Positions 33,113-42,858 of a stretch of 64,000 bases of DNA are shown piece after piece (positions within the stretch are counted from its first letter, which is position 1; every line of letters begins with the position of its first letter). Position numbers and translations under genes: made by a program. Origin of the DNA: an uncultured Solirubrobacterales bacterium (GTDB lineage: Bacteria > Actinomycetota > Thermoleophilia > Solirubrobacterales > Solirubrobacteraceae); contig OY969791.1 of assembly GCA_963703135.1 (NCBI GenBank), positions 46,954 through 110,953 on the forward strand, read 5' to 3'. The notes under the pieces are model-generated. The model was not told the DNA's origin. It was given only the letters and a program-made list of their open reading frames with translations, and did not search any database.

Positions 33113-34369
33113 ATGGCCGACATCCAACCTCTGCGCGCGCTCCATTACGACAAGTCGGTCGTCGGCGAGCTTGCCGACGTTACCTCGCCGCCCTATGACG
33201 TGATCGACTCCGCTCAGCGCGAGACGCTGCTCGAGCGCTCGCCGTTCAATGTGGTCGCCGTCGACCTCCCCAAAGGCGAGCCCGATCCATACAAGGCCGC
33301 GGGCGATCTGTTCGAGGCATGGCAGATGCAGGGCGTGGTCGTTCGCGACCCCGAGCCTGCGCTATGGGCCCACACCCAGACCTACACCGGTCCCGACGGT
33401 CAAGCCAGGACACGCAAGGGCTTTTTTTGCCGGGTACGAATCGAGGGCTATGGTCCGGGACGGGTACGCCCCCACGAGCGAACGCATCCCGGTCCCAAGG
33501 AGGATCGGCTGCGCCTGATGAGGGCGACACGCGCGAACCTCTCCCCCATCTTTTCCTTGTACTCGGACCCCGAGAACGCCGCCTGGCATGCACTAGAGCC
33601 GGCCACGCAAGCCTCGACCTGGGGCGAAGTGAGCGATGCCGACGGCACCACCCACCGCTTGTGGCGCGTCGGCGACCCGGCCACGATCGCCGCCGTGCAG
33701 GCCGCCACACGCGAGGCCGAGCTCTTGATCGCCGACGGGCATCATCGCTATGAGACATCCGAGGCCTACGCCCAAGAGGTTGGCGGCGAGGGCGAGCACC
33801 GCTACATCCTCATGTGCTTGGTCGCGCTCGAGGACCCCGGCCTGACCGTGTTCCCCACGCACCGCCTGATCCGCGACCTCGACCAGCCGCGGCGCGAGGC
33901 CCTGCGCGAGGCGATCAAGCGCGACTTCGACATGCGCGAGGTTCCGCTCGACCAACTGGCCCCGCCGCCGGGAGGCGGCCCGCTGGAACTCGGCTACATC
34001 GACTCCCACCACCAGGCCCCTTACCGCCTCGCCCTCAAGAACCAAGCGATCGCCGACGCGGCGCTGCCCACCTTCTCCGAGGCATACCGCCAACTCGACA
34101 CGGGCGTCCTCGAGGCCCTCATTCTCAAGGGCGCGCTTGGCCTCTCCGACAATGACATCTCCCACTTCAACGGCCTCTTCTATGCGCGCAGCGACGCGGA
34201 GGCGATCGAGCTGGTGCGCTCGGGCGAGTACGAAGGCGCGTTCCTGATGCGACCCACGCCGGTCCGGCAGGTCCAGGACATTGCCGCCTCCGGAGAGAAC
34301 ATGCCGCCCAAGTCCACCTTCTTCTACCCCAAGCTCCTGACCGGCTTGCTGTTCAACCCCCTGTCCTAG
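33113..34369 (+). CDS. DUF1015-family protein
   Basis: MADIQPLRALHYD..VTSPPYDVID..IADGHHRYE.. is characteristic of DUF1015. Confidence 0.8.
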   Translation: MADIQPLRALHYDKSVVGELADVTSPPYDVIDSAQRETLLERSPFNVVAVDLPKGEPDPYKAAGDLFEAWQMQGVVVRDPEPALWAHTQTYTGPDGQARTRKGFFCRVRIEGYGPGRVRPHERTHPGPKEDRLRLMRATRANLSPIFSLYSDPENAAWHALEPATQASTWGEVSDADGTTHRLWRVGDPATIAAVQAATREAELLIADGHHRYETSEAYAQEVGGEGEHRYILMCLVALEDPGLTVFPTHRLIRDLDQPRREALREAIKRDFDMREVPLDQLAPPPGGGPLELGYIDSHHQAPYRLALKNQAIADAALPTFSEAYRQLDTGVLEALILKGALGLSDNDISHFNGLFYARSDAEAIELVRSGEYEGAFLMRPTPVRQVQDIAASGENMPPKSTFFYPKLLTGLLFNPLS

Positions 34370-34435
34370 CGCGATGTCGTCGATACCATGGAAGGAGAGG
34401 GTGCTGTGACAACCCGATCGGAAGGGGTTGCAGTG

Positions 34436-34849
34436 ATGAAGGCCAGTGTCAGACGTAAGGATTCGGCGTTCAAACACACCGTCCAAGTACGCGATCACCA
34501 GTTGACCGTGGATGAGCCCTTGGAGTCAGGCGGCGAGGACGCCGGCCCCGACCCCCAAGAGCTCCTAGCCGTGAGCCTAGCCTCGTGCACGGCGATCACG
34601 ATGGAGATGTACGCGGCGCGCAAGGGCTGGGACATCGGCAAAGTCGAGGTCGACGTCCAATACTCCCCCGCCGAGCGGGGCTGCCCGACCAAGTTCGACG
34701 TGGTCCTGCGCCTGCCCGAGGACCTGCCCGAGGAGCAGGTCGAGCGCCTCCAGGTGATAGCCGCCAAGTGTCCGGTGCACCGCACCTTGGACGGCGAGGT
34801 CATGTTCTTGGAGCGAGTCGAGCGCACCCGCGCGGTCGCGGAGGCGTGA
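34436..34849 (+). CDS. OsmC/Ohr-family protein
   Basis: GPDPQELLAVSLASCTAITMEMYAARKGW..KCPVHRTL is typical of OsmC. ATG at 34436. Confidence 0.8.
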   Translation: MKASVRRKDSAFKHTVQVRDHQLTVDEPLESGGEDAGPDPQELLAVSLASCTAITMEMYAARKGWDIGKVEVDVQYSPAERGCPTKFDVVLRLPEDLPEEQVERLQVIAAKCPVHRTLDGEVMFLERVERTRAVAEA

Positions 34850-35433
34850 CCTCCGCGTCGGCCCTAGCCGCAGTTCTGCTGGAGCTCGACTCCCACGCAC
34901 AGCCCGCCACCGACGACCAGGTCGCAGCCGCAGTCCTGGTGGCGCTCTATGAGGACCCCCAAGGCGACTTGCGAGTGGTGCTCACCAAGCGCCGCGCCGA
35001 CCTGCGCCGTCACGCCGGCGAGATCTCCTTTCCCGGCGGGCGCCGCGACCCCGAGGACAGCTCCTTGAGCGAAACTGCTTTGCGCGAGGCCGAAGAGGAG
35101 ATCGGGGTGGCGCGATCGGATGTGACTCTGGTGGGTGCGCTCGAACGCACCTCCACGTTCGTGACCAACTACGCGATCCACCCCTTCGTGGGCCTGCTCG
35201 ACGGGAGTCGTTCGTGGCGAGCCTCGGAGCTCGAGGTGGACAGCGTGCTCGAGCCGACCTTGAGCGCAGTCAGAGCAGGCGCCACGCGCACACGCGTGGA
35301 ACGCCGCGGGTTCGCTTTCCAGACCGATGCCTACGTGTTCGACGGCGAGCTGGTGTGGGGCGCCACCGCTCGAATCCTCGAGGACTTGCTCACTCGCACC
35401 GGGGCACTGCTCGACCGCCGCGCCATCGGCTGA
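34846..35433 (+). CDS. NUDIX hydrolase (CoA pyrophosphatase-like)
   Basis: Nudix box GGRRDPEDSSLSETALREAEEEIGV preceded by LTKRRADLRRHAGEISFPGG. The GTG at 34846 overlaps the OsmC stop (GTGA). Confidence 0.85.
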   Translation: MTSASALAAVLLELDSHAQPATDDQVAAAVLVALYEDPQGDLRVVLTKRRADLRRHAGEISFPGGRRDPEDSSLSETALREAEEEIGVARSDVTLVGALERTSTFVTNYAIHPFVGLLDGSRSWRASELEVDSVLEPTLSAVRAGATRTRVERRGFAFQTDAYVFDGELVWGATARILEDLLTRTGALLDRRAIG

Positions 35434-35507
35434 CGCGGCGGTCGCGCGCCCGAGTCCAGAGGGGTGGACCCGAAGTGCTCTGAAGCGCCGACCCGTCTCC
35501 GGAGCTC

Positions 35508-36350
35508 CTATGCCCCCGTCGCGACCGGGACGCCGACCAGGCTCCCCCACTCAGTCCACGAACCGTCGTAGTTCTTGACGTGCTCGGTGCCCAGCAGCTC
35601 GTGCAACACGAACCAAGTATGGGCCGAGCGCTCGCCGATCCTGCAATAGGCGATCACATCCTTGCCGTCGAGCACGCCCTTTGACCCATACAGTTCGCGC
35701 AAATCCTCGGCGCTCTTGAAAGTGCCGTCCTCGTTGACCGCCTGCGCCCACGGAATCGAAGCGGCGCCGGGGATGTGTCCGGCGCGCTGGGCGCCCTCCT
35801 GCTCATAGCCGCTCGGCGAGATGATCTCGCCCGCGAACTCGGCCGGCGAACGCACATCGACGAGGTTGGTGGAGTCGTCGATGGCCGCAAGCACCTCGTC
35901 GCGGCGCGCCCTGATCGTGTCGTCCCCCGGCTCAGCCGTGAAACCAGCGGGCGCATAGCTCGGCACGTCGGTGCTCGTCGGTCGCCCGTCGGCGATCCAC
36001 TTTTCGCGCGGCCCATTGAGCAACAGGACCTTGTCGTGGCCGTAGTACTTCAAATACCAGTAGGTGTACGCGGCGAACCAGTTGTTGCGATCGCCATAGA
36101 GCACGATCGTGTGCTCGTCGGAGATGCCTCTGCTCGCGAACAGGGCCCCGAACTCCTCGGCTCCCAAGAAATCGCGCCTGACCGGGTCCTGCAGGTCGAG
36201 CTTCCAGTCGAAGCCGATCGCGCCCGGAATGTGGGCCTCGGCGTACAGCTTGGGGTTCTCGTCCACCTCGACGATCCGAATCCCCTCGTCACTGAGGTGC
36301 TCCTCGAGCCAGTCCGCCTCGACAAGCACATCCTTCGCGTATCCGGACAA
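35508..36350 (-). CDS. sseA: Thiosulfate/3-mercaptopyruvate sulfurtransferase (tandem rhodanese)
   Basis: VEADWLEEHL..HIPGA and the active-site loop AYCRIGERSAH. TTG start at 36350 with AGGAGG 9 nt upstream. The longer track ORF adds an Arg-rich extension. Confidence 0.85.
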   Translation of the reverse strand: MSGYAKDVLVEADWLEEHLSDEGIRIVEVDENPKLYAEAHIPGAIGFDWKLDLQDPVRRDFLGAEEFGALFASRGISDEHTIVLYGDRNNWFAAYTYWYLKYYGHDKVLLLNGPREKWIADGRPTSTDVPSYAPAGFTAEPGDDTIRARRDEVLAAIDDSTNLVDVRSPAEFAGEIISPSGYEQEGAQRAGHIPGAASIPWAQAVNEDGTFKSAEDLRELYGSKGVLDGKDVIAYCRIGERSAHTWFVLHELLGTEHVKNYDGSWTEWGSLVGVPVATGA

Positions 36351-36414
36351 TTCTGCCGTCCTCCTATGTAGAAGCCTCGCACCTAAAAGTAGATCGGCTT
36401 TTAGGGGTATAGGC

Positions 36415-36795
36415 TCAGGATAGCGCTCTCGCCGGCTTCCCACCCTCCCCCCGCAGGAGACCCTCGATCGCGGCCCGCGCCTGCTCCAACCAAGCATCCA
36501 CGTCGCCCGGATCGAGGGTCAAGACGGCCAAGGGGATCGAGTTGCGCGCTGCTGTCTCCGATAGCTCTCGCTCCCGGCCCGCCGCTTGATAGAGGAAACC
36601 GCGCATCGAGCTGTCGACCGCGCCGGCGAGAAAGCGCTCCGGCGAGGAGCCCTCGAGCCAACAGACGATCGCGACATGCTCCAAAGCCCCCCGGTCGCTG
36701 CGATCGCCGAGACTCGCCACGTGGCCTTCCCGCTCCAGCGCGCCCACCAGCGCCGTGGCGCTCGGCCCGCCCCCCACGATCAAGAATCTCGCCAC
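36415..36795 (-). CDS. Hypothetical protein (short Rossmann-like N-terminus)
   Basis: MARFLIVGGGPSATALVGALEREGH.. over 126 aa. I recognise no family. Coding status rests on ORF length and position only. Confidence 0.4.
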   Translation of the reverse strand: MARFLIVGGGPSATALVGALEREGHVASLGDRSDRGALEHVAIVCWLEGSSPERFLAGAVDSSMRGFLYQAAGRERELSETAARNSIPLAVLTLDPGDVDAWLEQARAAIEGLLRGEGGKPARALS

Positions 36796-37313
36796 GCGCC
36801 AATCCTACGGCGAATTATGGCCGGGCCGTGGATGGGATGCGCCGCACTTGAGCGCAGGCGTGCTGGTTGCACGTCGAGCATCACGGGCGGCGCAGCACGC
36901 CGCGGAATGGCCATAACAGTGGGCGCCGCGGCCGGTGGGGACCGCGGCGCCCAGTCGAGGAGACCGGCAAGTCGATCGCACGATGAGGCATGCGCGGGGC
37001 GCCGCGGGAGAGGTTGGGTAACGACGCCCCGGTGGACCCCTATGTGCGATCGTGCTCAGTCACTCACGCTCTTGCGATTTGTCATCACCTTTCAGGCGGA
37101 GAACCGTCCTCCCCGCCCGGTTGTCAGCAAGAGAACACAACGTATGTAAACACATATTGAGGGATATGTCAAGGGCGGTCTCTTTGTGTCTTGCCAAGGA
37201 GCCTCGGCGCCCTCGAGAGCGGGTGACCAGCAAGCCGAGGCGGGCCCTGGACAACCGCCCGCAAAAGCCGCCTGCGGCCCTCATCTGGACGCCTCGAATA
37301 GCATCCGAGTCCG

Positions 37314-38714
37314 ATGCCCGAGCAGCCCCTACAGACCACTGACGTCGTGACGATGGACAAGATCGTCGCGCTGTGCAAGCGCCGCGGCTTCATCTTCCCC
37401 TCCTCGGAGATCTACGGGGGGGTCGGCTCGACCTACGACTTCGGCCACTACGGAGTGCTCCTGAAGGGCAACGTCAAGGGCGAGTGGTGGCGCGCCATGC
37501 TGCAACAGCGCGATGACATCGTGGCGCTCGACTCGGCGATCCTCCAACACCCGCGCGTCTGGGAGGCCTCGGGGCATCTGGCCGGCTTCACCGATCCTCT
37601 CGTCGATTGCAAGACCTGCGGCCAGCGCTTCAGAGCCGACCATCTCGCCGAACTGCCCTGTGGGCGCAAGCCCTCCAAGCACCCCGGCGAGACCGACGAG
37701 TGCGACCTGACCGACGCACGAGACTTCAACCTGATGTTCGAGACCACTATCGGACCGGTCAAGGAGTCGGGTTCTGTCGCCTACCTGCGCCCCGAGACCG
37801 CTCAAGGGATCTTCGTCAACTTCAAGAACGTGCTCCAGTTCTCCCGCAAGAAGCCCCCTTTCGGGATCGCCCAGATCGGCAAGTCCTTCCGCAACGAGAT
37901 CACGCCCGGCAACTTCATCTTCAGGACGCGCGAGTTCGAGCAAATGGAGATGGAGTTCTTCGTGCCGCCGCCCGAAGCCCAAAAGTGGTTCGAGCACTGG
38001 CTGTCCGAGCGAATGCGCTGGTACACCTCCTTGGGGCTGCGCCCCGACCACATACGCCTGCGCGCCCACGCCGACGACGAGCTCTCCCACTACTCCTCCG
38101 GCACCTCCGACGTGGAGTACCTGTTTCCGATCGGCTGGTCCGAGCTCGAGGGAATCGCCAACAGGGGCGAATTCGACCTCAAACAACACGCCGAGTTCTC
38201 AGGCGAGAAACTCGAGTACTTCGACCAGGTCTCCGGCGAGCGCTACGTGCCTCACGTGATCGAGCCCGCCGCCGGCGCCGACCGTGCGACCTTGGCTTTC
38301 CTCGTGGACGCCTACGACGAGGAAGTCGTGCCCGCGTCCAGCGAGGGCGCCAAGGAGGAGACCCGCACGGTCCTGCGTCTGCACCCGCGCTTGGCGCCGG
38401 TCAAGGTCGCTGTGATGCCGCTTGTCAAAAAGGACGGACAACCCGAGCTCGCACGCGCCATCTACGAAGACCTGCGTGGGCGCATGCAGGCAGAGTACGA
38501 CGAGGGTGGCTCGATCGGCAAGCGCTACCGCCGCCAGGACGAAATCGGCACGCCGTGGGGCGTGACGGTCGATCACCAGTCGCTCGACGACCAAACCGTG
38601 ACCCTGCGAGACCGCGACTCGCTCGAGCAGATTCGCATTCCGATCGACAAGCTTGCCGGCGAGCTCGAAACCCGCCTCGCCTCGACTTGGCGAACACCCA
38701 AGCTGAAAGCATAA
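37314..38714 (+). CDS. glyQS: Glycine--tRNA ligase (dimeric class II)
   Basis: LCKRRGFIFPSSEIYGG..YDFGHYG..FRNEITPGNFIFRTREFEQMEMEFF..RYRRQDEIGTPW are the canonical GlyRS motifs. Confidence 0.95.
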   Translation: MPEQPLQTTDVVTMDKIVALCKRRGFIFPSSEIYGGVGSTYDFGHYGVLLKGNVKGEWWRAMLQQRDDIVALDSAILQHPRVWEASGHLAGFTDPLVDCKTCGQRFRADHLAELPCGRKPSKHPGETDECDLTDARDFNLMFETTIGPVKESGSVAYLRPETAQGIFVNFKNVLQFSRKKPPFGIAQIGKSFRNEITPGNFIFRTREFEQMEMEFFVPPPEAQKWFEHWLSERMRWYTSLGLRPDHIRLRAHADDELSHYSSGTSDVEYLFPIGWSELEGIANRGEFDLKQHAEFSGEKLEYFDQVSGERYVPHVIEPAAGADRATLAFLVDAYDEEVVPASSEGAKEETRTVLRLHPRLAPVKVAVMPLVKKDGQPELARAIYEDLRGRMQAEYDEGGSIGKRYRRQDEIGTPWGVTVDHQSLDDQTVTLRDRDSLEQIRIPIDKLAGELETRLASTWRTPKLKA

Positions 38715-38722
38715 GGAGAGAG

Positions 38723-39883
38723 ATGGACTTCGACCTGACCGACGAGCAACAGCTGATCAAGCAGACCGCCCGCGAATTCACCGACAAGGAGATCGTGGAG
38801 CAGGCCAAGCTGAACGCCCGCAACCACCACTTCGACCTCGACCTGGTCAAGAAGATCGCCGACCAAGGCTATTTGGGAGCGATCGTGCCACGCGAGTATG
38901 GCGGCGCGGGCCTCGGCTACCTGGACTACGGCCTCGTCGTCGAGGAGATCGGCCGGGGCTGCTCCTCGGTGCGAACGGTCATCTCGGTCCAGACCTCGCT
39001 CGTCTGCTCAGCCATCCTCAAGTGGGGAGGAGAGGAGCAGAAGCGCCACTATCTGCCCAAGCTCTGCTCGGGCGAATGGCTCGGCTGCTTCGGGCTCACA
39101 GAGCCTGACACCGGCTCGGACGCCGCCAAACAGAAGACGCGCGCCAAGAAGACCGACTCCGGCTGGGTCATCAACGGCGCCAAGATGTGGATCTCGATGG
39201 GCAACTACGCCAAGGTGGCCCTCATCTTCGCCCAGACCGACCCCGAGAAGGGCCACCGGGGCCTGGCCTGCTTCATGGTCGATACCGACCAGCCCGGCTA
39301 TCAAGCGTCCACGATCGAGCACAAGATGGGCCTGCACGCCTCCGACACCGCCTCGATTGCCTTGGAAGATGTCGAGGTCACCGACGATCAGATGCTGGGC
39401 GAGATAGGCGACGGCTTCAAGGTGGCCATGTCCGCGCTCGACTCCGGCCGCTACTCGGTCGCCGCGGGCTGCGTGGGCATCTGCCAAGGGTGTGTCGAGG
39501 AGTCGGTCAAATACGCCAAGGAGCGCGAGCAGTTCGGCCAGCCGATCGCCTCCTTTCAGCTCGTGCAAGCGATGATCGCCGACATGGTCTTGAAGACCGA
39601 TGCGTCGCGGATGCTCGTGTGGCGCGCCGGCTTCCTCAAGGACCGGGGGCGCCCGAACACCTTGGAGACGAGCGTCGCCAAGCTGCACGCCACCGAGGCC
39701 GCCGTCGAGTGCTCAAACACCGCCATCCAAGTCCACGGCGGCGCGGGCTACGTCGACGATCATCCGGTCGAGCGGTACTTCCGCGACGTGCGCGTGACGA
39801 CCCTGTATGAGGGGACTTCGCAGATCCAGAAGCTCATCATCGGGCGGGCGATGACCGGCATCAACGCGCTGGTGCCGTCCTAA
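38723..39883 (+). CDS. Acyl-CoA dehydrogenase
   Basis: MDFDLTDEQQLIKQTAREFTDKEI..GLTEPDTGSDA..QVHGGAGYVDDHPVERYFRDVRVTTLYEGTSQIQ. ATG at 38723 with AAGGAG upstream. The track ORF 37607..39883 is artefactually extended. Confidence 0.93.
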   Translation: MDFDLTDEQQLIKQTAREFTDKEIVEQAKLNARNHHFDLDLVKKIADQGYLGAIVPREYGGAGLGYLDYGLVVEEIGRGCSSVRTVISVQTSLVCSAILKWGGEEQKRHYLPKLCSGEWLGCFGLTEPDTGSDAAKQKTRAKKTDSGWVINGAKMWISMGNYAKVALIFAQTDPEKGHRGLACFMVDTDQPGYQASTIEHKMGLHASDTASIALEDVEVTDDQMLGEIGDGFKVAMSALDSGRYSVAAGCVGICQGCVEESVKYAKEREQFGQPIASFQLVQAMIADMVLKTDASRMLVWRAGFLKDRGRPNTLETSVAKLHATEAAVECSNTAIQVHGGAGYVDDHPVERYFRDVRVTTLYEGTSQIQKLIIGRAMTGINALVPS

Positions 39884-40043
39884 GCGCCTGACACCCACGG
39901 CTGCTGGAGCTGGCTCCGACAGCTGTCAGCAAGCACGTCCGCCGCGCCGGTTATCGTCCTCGCGAGTACACGTACGAGTTGATCGCCGAAACGTACGCGC
40001 TACTTGTCAGACGCAGAGAGCAAGGGAAGCGGGGACGACCAAT

Positions 40044-40229
40044 ATGGCTGAACCAAGAGATATACGAGCTCGTAAGACGCGTGACCGCTTGGCCCGATTG
40101 AGGCCCGTATACGGCTACTGGCTCCCACAGGGAATGTCGGCCGAGCAGCTGATGCGCGATCGTGACGAGCTGCTCCGCAGCGAGGGGATCGATCTCGATC
40201 CGCCGCCTTTGTCTGAGAACGAGAAATGA
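40044..40229 (+). CDS. Hypothetical 61-aa protein in a lower-GC intergenic island
   Basis: MAEPRDIRARKTRDRLARLRPVYGYWLPQGMSAEQLMRDRDELLRSEGIDLDPPPLSENEK, preceded by GGGAAGCGGGGA. I recognise no family. Confidence 0.3.
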   Translation: MAEPRDIRARKTRDRLARLRPVYGYWLPQGMSAEQLMRDRDELLRSEGIDLDPPPLSENEK

Positions 40230-40322
40230 AGCCGTGGCTCGCGTGATGCAGATAAAGCACGCCACTATTAGCGAATCAGTAGCGCACTGCCGACGACTCA
40301 GCTGCCGGTAGGCTGACCAGCC

Positions 40323-41705
40323 ATGGACAGCGCCCAAACGATCGCGATTGTCGGCGCAGGCACAATGGGCGCCGGCATCGCCCAACTTGCCTGCAAGAGC
40401 GGCGCGCAGACTCTGCTGCACGACCCATTCCCAGACGCTCTTACGCAAGGCGCCGAGAACGTGCGGGCGGGGCTGGGCAAGGAAGCCACCAAGGGCAAGC
40501 TGACAGCAGAAGAGGCAGATGCCGCGGCGACACGGTTGCAGCCGGTAGACAGCCTGGAGAGCCTCGCGCCCTGCGATCTGGTGATTGAGGCCGCGCCCGA
40601 GCGCTTGGACGTCAAGCACGAGCTGTATGGGCGCCTGTCGCGAATCGTGAGCGAGAAGTGTGTGCTCGCCAGCAACACGTCCTCGCTGCCGATCACAGCC
40701 GTAGCCGCCGGCGCCACCCACCCCGAGCGGGTCGTGGGCATGCACTTCTTCAACCCGGCTCCGCTCATGCGTCTGCTCGAGGTCATCGCCGGCACCCTCT
40801 CGGACGAACGCTCGCTTGCGCTCGCCCATGCGACCGGCCTGGCGATGGGCAAGGACGTGATCAGGGCAGCAGACGTGCCTGGCTTCATCGTCAACCGCTG
40901 TAACCGGCCCTTCGGCCTGGAGGCCTTGCGCCTGCTTCAAGAGCGGGTGGCAGACGTCGAGACGATCGACCGGATCGTGCGGATCGGCGGAGGCTTTCGC
41001 ATGGGCCCTTTCGAGTTGAGCGATCTCGTGGGCGTGGACACCGGCTTCGATGTCTCCAAGAGCTTCTACGAGCTGAGTTTCGGCGAGCCACGCTGGCGTC
41101 CCTCCCCGATCCAAGCCCAACGCGTCGCCGCCGGCCTGCACGGGCGAAAGAGCGGGCGCGGCTACTACGACTACACGGGCGAAGCTCCCCACCGCGCCCC
41201 CGACCCCGATCCGCCCGCCGCCACGGCGGATGCGATCGTGGAAGGCGACGGCCCTGTTGCAGATGCCTTGCGCGCGCTCGCCACGGGCGCCTCTGGGCCA
41301 CGGATCAAGGTCGAAGGCCTCGGCGGGACCGTCGAGGGCGAGCCGTTCCATGCGATCGTCCCCCTGAAGCTCGTGGAGGTCTCCGGAGAGGCGAGCGAAC
41401 TCGCCTTCAATGGCCTCGGCCTTCACACCGAGCGCGTCCACGCAGCTCCCGGCGGAGTGCTCGCCCGGATCGTCTGCCAGCTGATCAACGAGTCGGCTTT
41501 CGCCCTCGGCGAAGGCGTGGGCAGCGCCGAGGACATCGACAAGGGCATGATGCTCGGCCTGAGCCATCCCCGTGGCCCGTTCGCCTGGATGGAGCAGATC
41601 GGCCCGGGCCTCGTGCTCGCCGCCCTCGAAGTCCTGAACGACGCCTACCGCGAGGAGCGCTATCGCCCGGCGCCGGCCTTGCGTCGTCTAGCCGCTAGGT
41701 CGTAG
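40323..41705 (+). CDS. 3-hydroxyacyl-CoA dehydrogenase family protein (extended C-terminal domain)
   Basis: IAIVGAGTMGAGIAQLA (NAD fold), SNTSSLPIT, GMHFFNPAPLMRLLEV, PGFIVNR. Confidence 0.9.
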   Translation: MDSAQTIAIVGAGTMGAGIAQLACKSGAQTLLHDPFPDALTQGAENVRAGLGKEATKGKLTAEEADAAATRLQPVDSLESLAPCDLVIEAAPERLDVKHELYGRLSRIVSEKCVLASNTSSLPITAVAAGATHPERVVGMHFFNPAPLMRLLEVIAGTLSDERSLALAHATGLAMGKDVIRAADVPGFIVNRCNRPFGLEALRLLQERVADVETIDRIVRIGGGFRMGPFELSDLVGVDTGFDVSKSFYELSFGEPRWRPSPIQAQRVAAGLHGRKSGRGYYDYTGEAPHRAPDPDPPAATADAIVEGDGPVADALRALATGASGPRIKVEGLGGTVEGEPFHAIVPLKLVEVSGEASELAFNGLGLHTERVHAAPGGVLARIVCQLINESAFALGEGVGSAEDIDKGMMLGLSHPRGPFAWMEQIGPGLVLAALEVLNDAYREERYRPAPALRRLAARS

Positions 41706-42717
41706 GGCCGGCAGCAGGCGCTGCCCACTGGGCCTCGGCCAAATCGCCGAGCGGCATACCTTCGGGCGTGGGCACCTCGGGGGTGTCGCGTAGATACCAC
41801 TCTGCGTCGAGCGCAGCCTGACAGCCCGATCCGGCCGCCGTGATCGCCTGACGGTAAGTGTGGTCCACGAGATCCCCGGCCGCGAACACGCCGGGCCGAT
41901 TGGTTCGAGTCGAACGACCCTCGACCTTCACGTAACCGTTCTCGTCGAGATCGATTTGGCCCTCCACCAGTGCGGATTGGGGCTCGTGGCCGACGGCGAT
42001 GAACGCGCCGGTGATCGAAACGTCGCGACGCTCGCCGGTTTGCGTGTTGAGGAGCTTGGCGACACTCAACGCGCCGTTCTCGCCCGGCTCGAAGCGCTCG
42101 ACCGCGTAGGGCGTGAGCAACTCGATATTGGCCTGCTCACGAGCGCGCTGGAGCATGATCTTCGAGGCCCTGAACTCGTCGCGACGGTGCACCACGGTGA
42201 CCTTTGTGGCGAACTTTGAGAGGAAGATGGCCTCCTCCATAGCGGAGTCCCCGCCACCCACGATGATCGTGTGAGCATCCTTGAAGAAAGCCGCGTCGCA
42301 GGTGGCGCAGTAGGAGACGCCGCGACCCGAGAGCTCCTCCTCGCCGGGGATCCCGAGCTTCTTGTGCTCGGCGCCCATCGCGAGAATGACGGTGCGCGCC
42401 CGGTGCTCCTCATCGCCGACCCACACCTTGTGCACGCCGCCGACCTCCTTGGACAGCTCGACTCGCTCGACTTGGTCTGTCTCCAGCGCAGCGCCAAAAC
42501 GCTCGGCCTGCTCGCGCAGCTTGCTCATCAGCTCGGGGCCCTCGATCCCTGCCGGGAAGCCGGGATAGTTCTCGACGTCGGTCGTCTGCTGCAGGAGTCC
42601 ACCCCAAGCGAAACCCTCGACTACCAGCGGAGCCAGGTTCGCGCGCGAGGTGTAAAGAGCGGCCGTGTAACCGGCCGGCCCGCTGCCGATGATGATCGTG
42701 TTCTCGACGTCCGCCAT
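41695..42717 (-). CDS. trxB: Thioredoxin-disulfide reductase
   Basis: IIIGSGPAGYTAALY, redox-active CATCDAAFF, VVGGGDSAMEEA, GVFAAGD. Confidence 0.95.
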   Translation of the reverse strand: MADVENTIIIGSGPAGYTAALYTSRANLAPLVVEGFAWGGLLQQTTDVENYPGFPAGIEGPELMSKLREQAERFGAALETDQVERVELSKEVGGVHKVWVGDEEHRARTVILAMGAEHKKLGIPGEEELSGRGVSYCATCDAAFFKDAHTIIVGGGDSAMEEAIFLSKFATKVTVVHRRDEFRASKIMLQRAREQANIELLTPYAVERFEPGENGALSVAKLLNTQTGERRDVSITGAFIAVGHEPQSALVEGQIDLDENGYVKVEGRSTRTNRPGVFAAGDLVDHTYRQAITAAGSGCQAALDAEWYLRDTPEVPTPEGMPLGDLAEAQWAAPAAGPTT

Positions 42718-42858
42718 CCGATTTGCCGTCCCTTTAGGGTTGTTTTCCGCTCGAACGGGCGAGCGCTGTCACTTCAAGGTAGCCAATCGGGCGATCTCTC
42801 GCCAGTCGTCAACTACCTACAGGACTCTCGCTTTACTTTGTAAAGTATAGCACCGTTG

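Noticed and set aside
36586-37149. 187-aa + ORF and other 60-100-aa ORFs in the glyQS upstream region
   Set aside because: They have no SD and no recognisable domains. They overlap the minus-strand hypothetical gene or the structured leader, and their composition is consistent with chance ORFs.
37150-37313. Calling the glyQS leader a T-box riboswitch feature
   Set aside because: Only loose resemblances were seen (UGGA in a loop, GAGAG/GGUGA). The conserved T-box sequence GGGUGGUACCGCG and a clear specifier-loop context were not found. It is kept as a low-confidence finding only.
39951-41567. 538-aa minus-strand ORF
   Set aside because: It lies antisense to the well-supported 3-hydroxyacyl-CoA dehydrogenase gene. 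It has no recognisable motifs and a composition typical of a GC artefact.
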